Source of the DNA: a virus
Lineage: Duplodnaviria > Caudoviricetes
IMG/VR virus record: IMGVR_UViG_3300021387_001666
Coordinates: 32,001 to 96,000 of that record
Direction: 5' to 3' (one strand)
Length of the DNA: 64,000 nt
Under the pieces are notes generated by a model. The model was given only the letters and a program-made list of their open reading frames with translations. It was not told where the DNA came from and searched no databases. The translations under genes and the position numbers were made by a program. Below are positions 20,111-28,102 of this stretch, piece after piece (the stretch's first letter is position 1; every line of letters begins with the position of its first letter).

Positions 20111-22516
20111 ATGGCATATAGTGCAATAGGAGGTTTTCCTCCTCAACAGTTAAGCTTCAGCAGGAAGAATAAGGCATGGAGGGTAAAATGTGTGGACTTT
20201 GCAGATGACCACAGCATTATGAGGAACCATGCTGCAGGAAAGTCATGGTATAACATGATGATAAACTATGACCTCATCAATGGAAAGATACACATGTCTG
20301 ACATTAAGGCTGTAGTAAATCCCTTTGGACTTGATGCATCTTTTATTCCAGATAATATTCAGCATTATTCAGTTATTAACCCAAAGCTGAATGTGCTTAG
20401 GGGTGAGGAAAGTGAAAGACTGTTTGATCCAAGACTGGTAGTTACTAATCCTACAGCCATCAGTGAGATGGAAGAGGAAAAGAATAAACAGGTGAATGCA
20501 AGGCTCCAGCAGCTTATTATGGATACCTCCCAGAGTGAAGAGGAGTTTCAGCAGCAACTTCAAAAGCTGGATGACTACTTTAACTATGAGTATCAGGACA
20601 AAAGGGAAATCAGAGGTAATCTGTTTCTCAGTCACTACTCAAGAGAGCTGGAATTTTCCCAGAAGTTCAATAAAGGCTTTGTGGATGCCTACACTGTAGG
20701 AGAGGAGATTTATCAGTGTGATATTGTAGGAGGAGAACCAACTCTTGAAAAGATAAGACCTATGGAGCTTGGTATTATCAGAAGTGGTGACTCTGACAGG
20801 ATAGAAGATGCAGATATGCTTATCCTTCAGAGATATAAGAGTCCAGGCTGGGTAATAGATGCTTATTGGGATCAGTTATCCAAGAAAGACATCGAGAGGA
20901 TAGAGGAGGGTAGTAATGGTGAATACAGCGGTTGGAAGGATTCTATGGATAACATAGATGCAAGACCAGGCAATCCATTAGTACCTGTACCTTGTGACTG
21001 GCAGGCAGGAGACAGCCATATCAATGCCAGTGAGCTCTTTAATGATGATAACTATACCAATATGACTCCCTATGACATTAATGGTAATGTCAGAGTATTG
21101 ACAGTCTATTGGAAGTCAAGAAGAAAAATCAAGAAAGTAAAAAGCTATAATCCTGAGACAGGTGAAGAAGAGTTCAACTTCTATCCAGAGACCTATCATT
21201 GTGATCCCATGAAGGGAGAGGAAGAGCAGATATTCTGGATTAATGAGGCATGGGAGGGCACTAAGATAGCAGAAGACATCTATGTCAACATGAGGCCCAG
21301 ACCTATACAATATAATAGGTTAAGCAATCCTTCTGTATGCCATTTTGGAATTGTAGGAAGTATCTATTCTATTAATGGTGATGAGCCCTATTCACTGGTA
21401 GATGCAGTAAAGCCTGATGCATACTTCTATGATATTGTCAGGGATAAGCTGATTAAGCTTATTTCCAAGAATATGGGCAAGTTGGCAAGAATGGACTTTG
21501 CCAAGATACCCAAAGGATGGGATATAGATAAATGGCTATATTTTGCCACTGTCAATGGTATAGCTGTTGAGGATAGCTTCAAGGAAGGAACAATAGGAGC
21601 CTCCACAGGTAAACTGGCAGCAGGACTTAACAATGCTTCCAATGGCGTTATAGATGTATCTTTAGGAAATGAGATACAATTCCACCTCAACCTACTTGAG
21701 TGGATAGCTAATAATATAGGTGAACTGGCTGGTATCTCAAGACAGAGAGAAGGACAGATAAGTAACAGAGAAACTGTAGGTGGTGTTGAAAGGGCAACCC
21801 TTCAGTCAAGCCATATTACCAAATGGCTATTCTTTATTCATGACAGTGTAAAGAAGAGAGCTATCGAATGTTTCCTTGAGACAGCTAAGATAGCCTATAA
21901 AGGCAGAAAAATTAAGTTTAACTACCTACAGCCTGATGGTAGCAGGAAACTTGTTGAGATAGATGGTGATGAGTTTGCAGAATGTGACTATGGTCTTGTA
22001 GTAGATACTGGTAATGATGTGCAGGAGCTTATGCAGAACCTTGGACAGCTTGCACAGGCAGGTCTTCAGAATGACAAGATGAACTTCTCTACCCTGATTA
22101 AGATTTATCTCACCAAGAGTCCTACAGAGAAGCAGAGACTTATTGAAAGATATGAGCAGAAAGTGGAGGAACAACAGAGGCAAGCTCAGCAGCAACAGCA
22201 GCAGCAGTTTGAGCAGCAGTTACAGCAGCAGGCTCAGCTTGAACAGGCTAAGATGGATAGAGAATATCAGATGCATCAGGAGAAGCTCCAGAATAACATC
22301 CTTACTTCTGAAATTGCATCTCAGGCAGAGGCTCAAAGATTTGCCATGATGAATCATGATAATGATGAAGCCAATGACATTGAGAGAGAGAAGATAGCTG
22401 AGAATGCAAGACAATTTGATGCTAAATTGAAACTGGATACTAAGAAGCAGGCTGATGATGCAAGACTCAAGGAGAAACAAATTCAAGTGACCAAGCAGAA
22501 AGCCATTAATAAATAG
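20111..22516 (+). CDS. Portal protein
   Basis: About 800 aa with PPQQLS..K, NYDLING, INPKLNVLRGEE, WINEAWEGTKI and GISRQREGQISNRETVGGVERA, typical of crAss-like portals. Q-rich C-terminal coil. Confidence 0.85.
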   Translation: MAYSAIGGFPPQQLSFSRKNKAWRVKCVDFADDHSIMRNHAAGKSWYNMMINYDLINGKIHMSDIKAVVNPFGLDASFIPDNIQHYSVINPKLNVLRGEESERLFDPRLVVTNPTAISEMEEEKNKQVNARLQQLIMDTSQSEEEFQQQLQKLDDYFNYEYQDKREIRGNLFLSHYSRELEFSQKFNKGFVDAYTVGEEIYQCDIVGGEPTLEKIRPMELGIIRSGDSDRIEDADMLILQRYKSPGWVIDAYWDQLSKKDIERIEEGSNGEYSGWKDSMDNIDARPGNPLVPVPCDWQAGDSHINASELFNDDNYTNMTPYDINGNVRVLTVYWKSRRKIKKVKSYNPETGEEEFNFYPETYHCDPMKGEEEQIFWINEAWEGTKIAEDIYVNMRPRPIQYNRLSNPSVCHFGIVGSIYSINGDEPYSLVDAVKPDAYFYDIVRDKLIKLISKNMGKLARMDFAKIPKGWDIDKWLYFATVNGIAVEDSFKEGTIGASTGKLAAGLNNASNGVIDVSLGNEIQFHLNLLEWIANNIGELAGISRQREGQISNRETVGGVERATLQSSHITKWLFFIHDSVKKRAIECFLETAKIAYKGRKIKFNYLQPDGSRKLVEIDGDEFAECDYGLVVDTGNDVQELMQNLGQLAQAGLQNDKMNFSTLIKIYLTKSPTEKQRLIERYEQKVEEQQRQAQQQQQQQFEQQLQQQAQLEQAKMDREYQMHQEKLQNNILTSEIASQAEAQRFAMMNHDNDEANDIEREKIAENARQFDAKLKLDTKKQADDARLKEKQIQVTKQKAINK

Positions 22517-22537
22517 TTTTCGTAACAAGTAGTTTTC

Positions 22538-22573
22538 AAGCCCATTAACTCACTGATAGTTAGTGGGTTTTTT
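22538..22573 (+). terminator. Intrinsic terminator after the portal gene
   Basis: AAGCCCATTAACT..AGTTAGTGGGTTT followed by a T-run. Confidence 0.8.
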
Positions 22574-22589
22574 GTGTGTATGGGTATTG

Positions 22590-22621
22590 TTTGAACTCCC
22601 CCTTTAATCTCCCTATCTTTG
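22590..22621 (+). promoter_or_regulatory. Canonical Bacteroidota promoter for the accessory operon
   Basis: TTTG at 22590-22593, 20-nt spacer, TATCTTTG at 22614-22621. Confidence 0.8.
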
Positions 22622-22678
22622 CAGTGTCTTTGCAAGGATAAAACAATAAGTTTAACCAATTAAATATTTAAGATTATT

Positions 22679-23662
22679 ATGGGAGAAAATGGAGTTTTCG
22701 TATTCCCTGATGCAGCTACAAGAGATGCATCAAGTATAGACCCAAACCTTTTGCTTGCTCTTCAGAACAATGGAGGCTTTGGTGGCAATGGTAGTTGGAT
22801 TTGGATTCTGTTCCTTTGGATGATGTGGCAGAATGGTGGCTACAATGGTTTTAGGAATAATGGTGGTAGCTTTGCAGACCTGAGTGCCCAGCTGAATGGC
22901 AATGAGGGCAGACAGTATCTTGCTGAGATTATGAATGGCAGGTTTGATAACCTTGGTCAACTGGCTCAGATTGTGAATACCAGTGTCGAGACTGTGAAGA
23001 GTGGTATCTTCAGCTTGCAGAATGCCATTACTCAGGTAGGTTCACAGGTAGGTATGAGTGGCTTACAGGTTCAGAATGCTATCCAGGCAGGTAATGCAGC
23101 CCTGAGTCAGCAGCTCTGTAACTGTTGCTGCGAGAATAGGCTTGCTATTTGCAGCCAGACTAATGCGCTTCAGAGTACTATGGCTGCTAACCATGCTGCT
23201 GCTACTCTTCAGGCTGCTCAGAACCAAGCTGCTACTCAGCTTCAGATGGCTCAGATTGAGAGTGCAGATCAGCTGGCAGTATGTAAGCAAACTAATGAGT
23301 TATCTACACAAGCAGATAGGAATGCCAATACCATTCTCAATGCTATTGCAGGACAGAATACCCTTATTACCAAGGAGTTCTGTGACCTTAAGGAAAGGGA
23401 GCTTCAGAATAAGATTGATACTCAGGGAGACATTATCACCCAGCTGAGGGGCCAGATTAGCAATGACAGACAGACTGAAGCCTTCAATGCAAGGTTTAAT
23501 GCCCTTGAGAGTGCTTTCAATACTCTCGCTGCTAAGACTCCAAACACTGTACCTGTCCAATACCCTAATTTGGTGGCAGCCAATGCTACTCCCTATGTAG
23601 GAGGCTATGGTTATCCTAACTATGGTGGTTGGGGTGCCTATAATGGTGGTGTAGTACTTTAA
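22679..23662 (+). CDS. Uncharacterised protein: Gly-flanked hydrophobic segment, long coiled coil, CNCCC motif
   Basis: GGFGGNGSWIWILFLWMMW, Q/A/N heptads, LCNCCCENR and a GY/GW-rich C-terminus. Confidence 0.8.
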   Translation: MGENGVFVFPDAATRDASSIDPNLLLALQNNGGFGGNGSWIWILFLWMMWQNGGYNGFRNNGGSFADLSAQLNGNEGRQYLAEIMNGRFDNLGQLAQIVNTSVETVKSGIFSLQNAITQVGSQVGMSGLQVQNAIQAGNAALSQQLCNCCCENRLAICSQTNALQSTMAANHAAATLQAAQNQAATQLQMAQIESADQLAVCKQTNELSTQADRNANTILNAIAGQNTLITKEFCDLKERELQNKIDTQGDIITQLRGQISNDRQTEAFNARFNALESAFNTLAAKTPNTVPVQYPNLVAANATPYVGGYGYPNYGGWGAYNGGVVL

Positions 23663-23686
23663 TAATAAGGAAATAGGAGGTTAAGT

Positions 23687-24025
23687 ATGAGTTGTTGTAA
23701 TAAAATAATAGCAACTAACGCTGGTGGTATTCCTTATTTTGAAAGTACCAATACCACAATAGGTACTGAGAACATCAATATAGCTCTTGGTGTGCGCAGA
23801 ATACAGCCTGTAGGATATATAACTGTAATTATCAGCAATGTTATACCTACTGATACTACTGCAACACTTCCAGTCAATCTTACCCTGAATGATGTTACCA
23901 AGCCTTTGACTTTGCCAAATGGCACACCAGTAACAGCAGCAGAGTTGCTGAATGTAAGTAACATACTTGTATTCAATGACAGGACTAATGGACTACTGAC
24001 ATTGATGTCTCGCACAATAGCTTAG
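23687..24025 (+). CDS. Uncharacterised beta-rich protein with N-terminal CC
   Basis: 112 aa starting MSCCNK; rich in T/I/V. Confidence 0.75.
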   Translation: MSCCNKIIATNAGGIPYFESTNTTIGTENINIALGVRRIQPVGYITVIISNVIPTDTTATLPVNLTLNDVTKPLTLPNGTPVTAAELLNVSNILVFNDRTNGLLTLMSRTIA

Positions 24026-24050
24026 TATTAATTTTCAAAAGTAATTAACT

Positions 24051-24530
24051 ATGTTTTCAAGTTTAAGCAGGGGAAGTATTCTACAAGGAGTAGACAGAAC
24101 TGATGGAATGAAGTGGTTCACAGGTTCTGTAGAGAGTGTTATGCCTTCCATGAACAATCAGTTTCCTTATGTCAATGTAGACATTATAGCAAATGTCAAT
24201 GGCAAACAGAGACAGTTTAGGGGAGTACATAACAATGAGAGTATTGCTGATTTTGGTAATGACTCTGTTATCATAGCAGATAACAAGGACACACTTTACA
24301 ACTATGTAAAGTCTCTTCTGAAGGTCAGTGAAGATGCTGTTAATCCTGATAATATCAAGAAACACAAGGAATGGATACCTCAGTATAAGAGTGTTCTTTC
24401 TGAAATGTTTCCAGGTTCTACCAGCAATGATGAAGTCAAGGAGCTTAAGGAGGAGGTCAGCAGCTTGAAGTCTCAGCTTGCGGAAGCTATCTCCCTGCTT
24501 AAGCAAGGAAACACTAAAACAACAGAATAA
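24051..24530 (+). CDS. Uncharacterised protein with C-terminal coiled coil
   Basis: 159 aa; EVKELKEEVSSLKSQL. Confidence 0.75.
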   Translation: MFSSLSRGSILQGVDRTDGMKWFTGSVESVMPSMNNQFPYVNVDIIANVNGKQRQFRGVHNNESIADFGNDSVIIADNKDTLYNYVKSLLKVSEDAVNPDNIKKHKEWIPQYKSVLSEMFPGSTSNDEVKELKEEVSSLKSQLAEAISLLKQGNTKTTE

Positions 24531-24532
24531 TT

Positions 24533-24751
24533 ATGGTAGTAATGTTTAAGATGACTCCTGAAAAGAAGGAGAAATTTAGCAAGAAGATAGACAAGATGAT
24601 GGACTTCCTTGAGGAGTTCAAAGAGTGTCTGGAGGATTCTGAGGACTATGATGAAGAGGAGTATGAGGAGCCTATGTATCGTGGTGGCAGTATGTCAAGA
24701 CGTGGTGGTTCTTTTATGAGAAGCCGTTATAGCCGTAGGGATGGAATGTAA
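24533..24751 (+). CDS. Small protein with an acidic tract and RGG/RY-rich tail
   Basis: 72 aa; EDSEDYDEEEYEE then YRGGSMSRRGG..RSRYSRR. Confidence 0.7.
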   Translation: MVVMFKMTPEKKEKFSKKIDKMMDFLEEFKECLEDSEDYDEEEYEEPMYRGGSMSRRGGSFMRSRYSRRDGM

Positions 24752-24763
24752 TTCATAACTGTT

Positions 24764-24799
24764 GGGGTCTGTAGGTCTTAAGGTTTGCAGACCCCTTTT
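24764..24799 (+). terminator. Internal hairpin/terminator within the operon
   Basis: GGGGTCTGTA..TGCAGACCCC followed by TTTT. Confidence 0.65.
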
Positions 24800-24814
24800 A
24801 AAATAACAAAGACT

Positions 24815-25237
24815 ATGTATCATAAAGAAATGGGAGGCTATGATGATATTCCTGAGGGAATGAAGATATACATCAATAACTATGGTTGTCACTTCAGCAA
24901 GAAGCTCTATGAGGAAGCAGCTAGTAGAATGTATACCAAGTCTGGAGTCAAGAAGGAGCATATCCCTCCATATACCAGAGAAGAGGTAGACAGGATGCTG
25001 GATAAGTATGGTATCAAGCTCAATAGGAATAAGCTGTATGACCATTGTTATGTTGCTTCCATGTGTGCAAATGATTTCTTGGGTAAGTCTGTTCCTGACG
25101 AAGCTCACATGGCACAGTTCATTAAGGATATGATTGATGACCCTGATGCTACTGAGGGCTTCATCTTCAACCGATTTATTGGCGATTGCTACTTCATGAA
25201 CAATCCTATTGAATGGGAAGACATACTGGATGATTAG
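24815..25237 (+). CDS. Uncharacterised helical phage protein
   Basis: ATG 24815 follows the hairpin; YGCHFSKKL..YVASMCANDF..DDPD. Confidence 0.7.
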   Translation: MYHKEMGGYDDIPEGMKIYINNYGCHFSKKLYEEAASRMYTKSGVKKEHIPPYTREEVDRMLDKYGIKLNRNKLYDHCYVASMCANDFLGKSVPDEAHMAQFIKDMIDDPDATEGFIFNRFIGDCYFMNNPIEWEDILDD

Positions 25238-25625
25238 GCAACATTTCTATGTTGAGCATTATTGGGAGGTCACTGTTTATTATGATTTAAACTTTGGCCT
25301 CTTTCAGTATATTGAAGAAGAACTGGCTGATATAGGATTTCTTTCTGAGGATATAGAGGATGTATTTTATGAGTTGGAGTTTGGAAATGCCAAGGCTGTT
25401 ACCTGTAGTAATCTCTACTATCATACCAGTATTATCCTCCTCTCTCCCCACATCTCTTCTAAAGACTATATAGATTCTATAGTCCATGAGGCAGAACATG
25501 TGAAACAAGCAATGCTTAAAGCCTATAAGATAGAGGATAGAGGAGAACCTCCTGCCTATACTATAGGTTATCTTATTAGCAGGATGTATCCAGTTTTCAA
25601 AAGTATTATCTGTAATTGCAGATAG
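25230..25625 (+). CDS. HExxH zincin-like small protein
   Basis: SIVHEAEH..EPPAYTIGY; ATG 25230 overlaps the end of the upstream gene. Confidence 0.65.
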   Translation: MIRQHFYVEHYWEVTVYYDLNFGLFQYIEEELADIGFLSEDIEDVFYELEFGNAKAVTCSNLYYHTSIILLSPHISSKDYIDSIVHEAEHVKQAMLKAYKIEDRGEPPAYTIGYLISRMYPVFKSIICNCR

Positions 25626-25702
25626 TATTCACTTATCTTTCTGCTCTCTTTATTTGCAATTAGGATTTTATTTAGCATTTCTCTAATCAACTATATAATA
25701 GC

Positions 25703-25710
25703 TATTTTTG
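25703..25710 (+). promoter_or_regulatory. -7 promoter element for the fibre genes
   Basis: TATTTTTG 17 nt before ATG 25728. Confidence 0.6.
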
Positions 25711-25727
25711 CAAAAACTATTAATAGT

Positions 25728-26678
25728 ATGATTACAGATCGAGAGAAATATATAGGTGAATCCCCAATGAAGGACCAGCCTAATAAACCCCTTAAGTTTA
25801 AGTTGGGAGATAGGGTTGTAAAGAACAGGCATCTTGATGATGACTCTGTAGCCTCCCGCAACCTCATGGATAGTGCTGTCACTCCAGACAAGCTGAATGC
25901 TGCTGTCATGAACAGCCTTGTGCTGCCAGCTATCCATCGGATTACAGACCCTATCAACAAGGCTCTGGTAGAACTGAGGCAGCTTATAGGCTCCTATAAC
26001 AAGCATGGAGTGGCAGTAAGTAATGAGTTTGGCACTGCTGAGGATATAGGCATCTCCCAGAAAGCACTCACAGATGCCATCAACAAGGTGTGGACAAAGC
26101 TGGAGGATATTACAGGAGAGCCTTATACAGGTATTAACATGACTATCTCTCCCAAGTATTTCATCAGTGAAGATGGTGCTTCTGTACATATCCAGGCAAG
26201 GACAGCAGAGGCCAATGGAGTGTTTGAGAAGATTTCCTTCTATGTGAATGGTTCCCTTGTCATAGAGGAAGAAAACACAGACTACTATGAGGGAGATATT
26301 GAGCTTACAGAGACCAGTGTGATTAAATGTGTTGCCAAGATTATGGGTATTGAATATAAGAGGGAAGATATAGTTACTCACTACAACAGCTTCTGGATTG
26401 GAGCAGGAGCCTCCTATGCAGACATCATGGATGTAGAGCATGTCATCCCCATTACAGATGGTATGCGAGGTTCTTATGATGTCACTTGTGCAGACAGTGA
26501 CCATATTATCATTGTTATGGCAGAGAGCATGAGGCCTGAGTTCATCAGGGCAGATATGAACAGCTTCGAGATTCCCTTTGAAGAGACTACTGTCACTATC
26601 GACAATAAGAACTATAGTGTGTTTACTTCAAGGAATACTTATGAGGCTGGAACATATAATATTGATATTAACGGATAA
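25728..26678 (+). CDS. Putative tail fibre/adaptor protein with Ig-like beta domains
   Basis: AVTPDKL and GISQKALTDAI fibre-type motifs; C-terminal domain paralogous to 27410..28090. Confidence 0.55.
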   Translation: MITDREKYIGESPMKDQPNKPLKFKLGDRVVKNRHLDDDSVASRNLMDSAVTPDKLNAAVMNSLVLPAIHRITDPINKALVELRQLIGSYNKHGVAVSNEFGTAEDIGISQKALTDAINKVWTKLEDITGEPYTGINMTISPKYFISEDGASVHIQARTAEANGVFEKISFYVNGSLVIEEENTDYYEGDIELTETSVIKCVAKIMGIEYKREDIVTHYNSFWIGAGASYADIMDVEHVIPITDGMRGSYDVTCADSDHIIIVMAESMRPEFIRADMNSFEIPFEETTVTIDNKNYSVFTSRNTYEAGTYNIDING

Positions 26679-26690
26679 AATAATACAGCT

Positions 26691-27224
26691 ATGTATAACA
26701 ATATTAATGTAAATGTCAGTGGGCCTATTCAGCCTACAGCTACATATAAGACTAAGGTTCTTAAAGGTAATCATTCCTTTGCTTCTCAGGTTACTGAGCC
26801 TAATATGAAGTATGTCATCAAGCATGACTTTGTGCTAGATGGAGATGTTACTATTCCTGAGAATTGTATATTAGAATTTGATGGGGGTAGTATTATTGGT
26901 GAGTATACTATTACTTGCCAAGATACAATATTCATTTTTGCACAGAATGAGGATGATGTGTTTGTGGGTGTTACATTAAATGGTATTTTTAAGAAACGTA
27001 GTGGTAGTTATAATGACCTTGAAAATAAGCCTGTAATTCCTGTAATACCTGCCAATGTTTCTGCTTTTAATAACGACGTAAATTATCAAGTTGTGACAGC
27101 TGGAACTACTGAAGAAAGACCAACTAATGTTATTATAGGATTTTGTTATTTTGACACAACTCTTAACAAGCCTATTTGGTGGACTGGTACTGCATGGGTA
27201 GATGCAACAGGTCAAACAGTCTAA
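26691..27224 (+). CDS. Short tailspike-like protein
   Basis: KYVIKHDFVL..TIPENCILEFDGGSI (spike N-terminal cap) and GTTEERPT..YFDTTLNKPIWW..WVDATG (spike C-terminal module). Confidence 0.55.
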   Translation: MYNNINVNVSGPIQPTATYKTKVLKGNHSFASQVTEPNMKYVIKHDFVLDGDVTIPENCILEFDGGSIIGEYTITCQDTIFIFAQNEDDVFVGVTLNGIFKKRSGSYNDLENKPVIPVIPANVSAFNNDVNYQVVTAGTTEERPTNVIIGFCYFDTTLNKPIWWTGTAWVDATGQTV

Positions 27225-27234
27225 ACTCTAAGTT

Positions 27235-27405
27235 ATGAACAAGCTATTCTATTTCCTAATGATATGCCTCTACCTCCTTGGAACAATAGGAGGTATTGGC
27301 AATGCTGTCTACAACAAGTCCTATCTCATTGCAGTAGGTGTGGCAGCTGTTGGTTATATGGCCTTTGGTAAGGTTAAAGATTATTTTGATAAACTTATAA
27401 AATAA
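27235..27405 (+). CDS. Small two-TM membrane protein (56 aa, not in the ORF track)
   Basis: MNKLFYFLMICLYLLGTIGGIGNAVYNKSYLIAVGVAAVGYMAFGKVKDYFDKLIK; fills the intergenic gap exactly. Confidence 0.7.
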   Translation: MNKLFYFLMICLYLLGTIGGIGNAVYNKSYLIAVGVAAVGYMAFGKVKDYFDKLIK

Positions 27406-27409
27406 TAAT

Positions 27410-28090
27410 ATGGCAAATAATGAATTTACAATTCCTATTCCTGCAAGACTAAAGAACGTGGCTAAAGGAGGCCATGTTGCAGGAGCGGACCAAATAATAG
27501 ATGATGAACTTGGACTTGAGCAGAGTGTTATCAACAAGGCTGTTTTTGGCAATGCTATAACTGTAGGTTTCAGTGCAAGTCCTGCTACTATAAATGTTGG
27601 CAGTTCTACTGATGTTACCTTTACGGCTACAAGCACTAAGGTTGAAGCTACAAGCATAGTCATCAAGAAAGATAATGATATATTAAAGGAAGGTAGCGGT
27701 ACTGTTTTAAATGCTACTGCTGCTGTTAATCCTATAGATGATGCAGGCAGCACATTCAAGGCTGAGTTTGCTATTGGTGGTCTGTCAAGGATTTCTACTC
27801 TTAGGACTATATTCTTTGGTTTCGGAGGTGCTGAATATTCTGATAATGTACTGAAGAAAGCAAGCTTGAAGTCTGGTGTTGGTGGAACATATACTGTGAA
27901 TGTAACTGCTGCAAACAGCTATGTATGGTTTGTTGTTCCTAATAGCATGACTATTAGCAAGGCTACTAAGAGTGGGTTTAATTATCCTCTTGAATCTGCT
28001 CAGAATGTTACTGTCGGAGGTACTGCTTATAAGGCATACAGAACTAAGAATACATATGATGTGGGAAATGAAGTTGTTGTACTATCTTAA
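27410..28090 (+). CDS. Putative fibre protein with Ig-like domains
   Basis: T/S/V-rich beta sequence; N-terminal motif shared with 28103..30703. Confidence 0.55.
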   Translation: MANNEFTIPIPARLKNVAKGGHVAGADQIIDDELGLEQSVINKAVFGNAITVGFSASPATINVGSSTDVTFTATSTKVEATSIVIKKDNDILKEGSGTVLNATAAVNPIDDAGSTFKAEFAIGGLSRISTLRTIFFGFGGAEYSDNVLKKASLKSGVGGTYTVNVTAANSYVWFVVPNSMTISKATKSGFNYPLESAQNVTVGGTAYKAYRTKNTYDVGNEVVVLS

Positions 28091-28102
28091 ATTTGAAACA
28101 TT

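Noticed and set aside
22165-22245. CAG-rich repeat
   Set aside because: It encodes the Gln-rich coiled coil of the portal C-terminus and is not a separate element.
25683-26504. 273-aa antisense ORF, and the many other short ORFs nested in long genes
   Set aside because: These are shadow frames of real genes, with no motifs, promoters or sensible starts.
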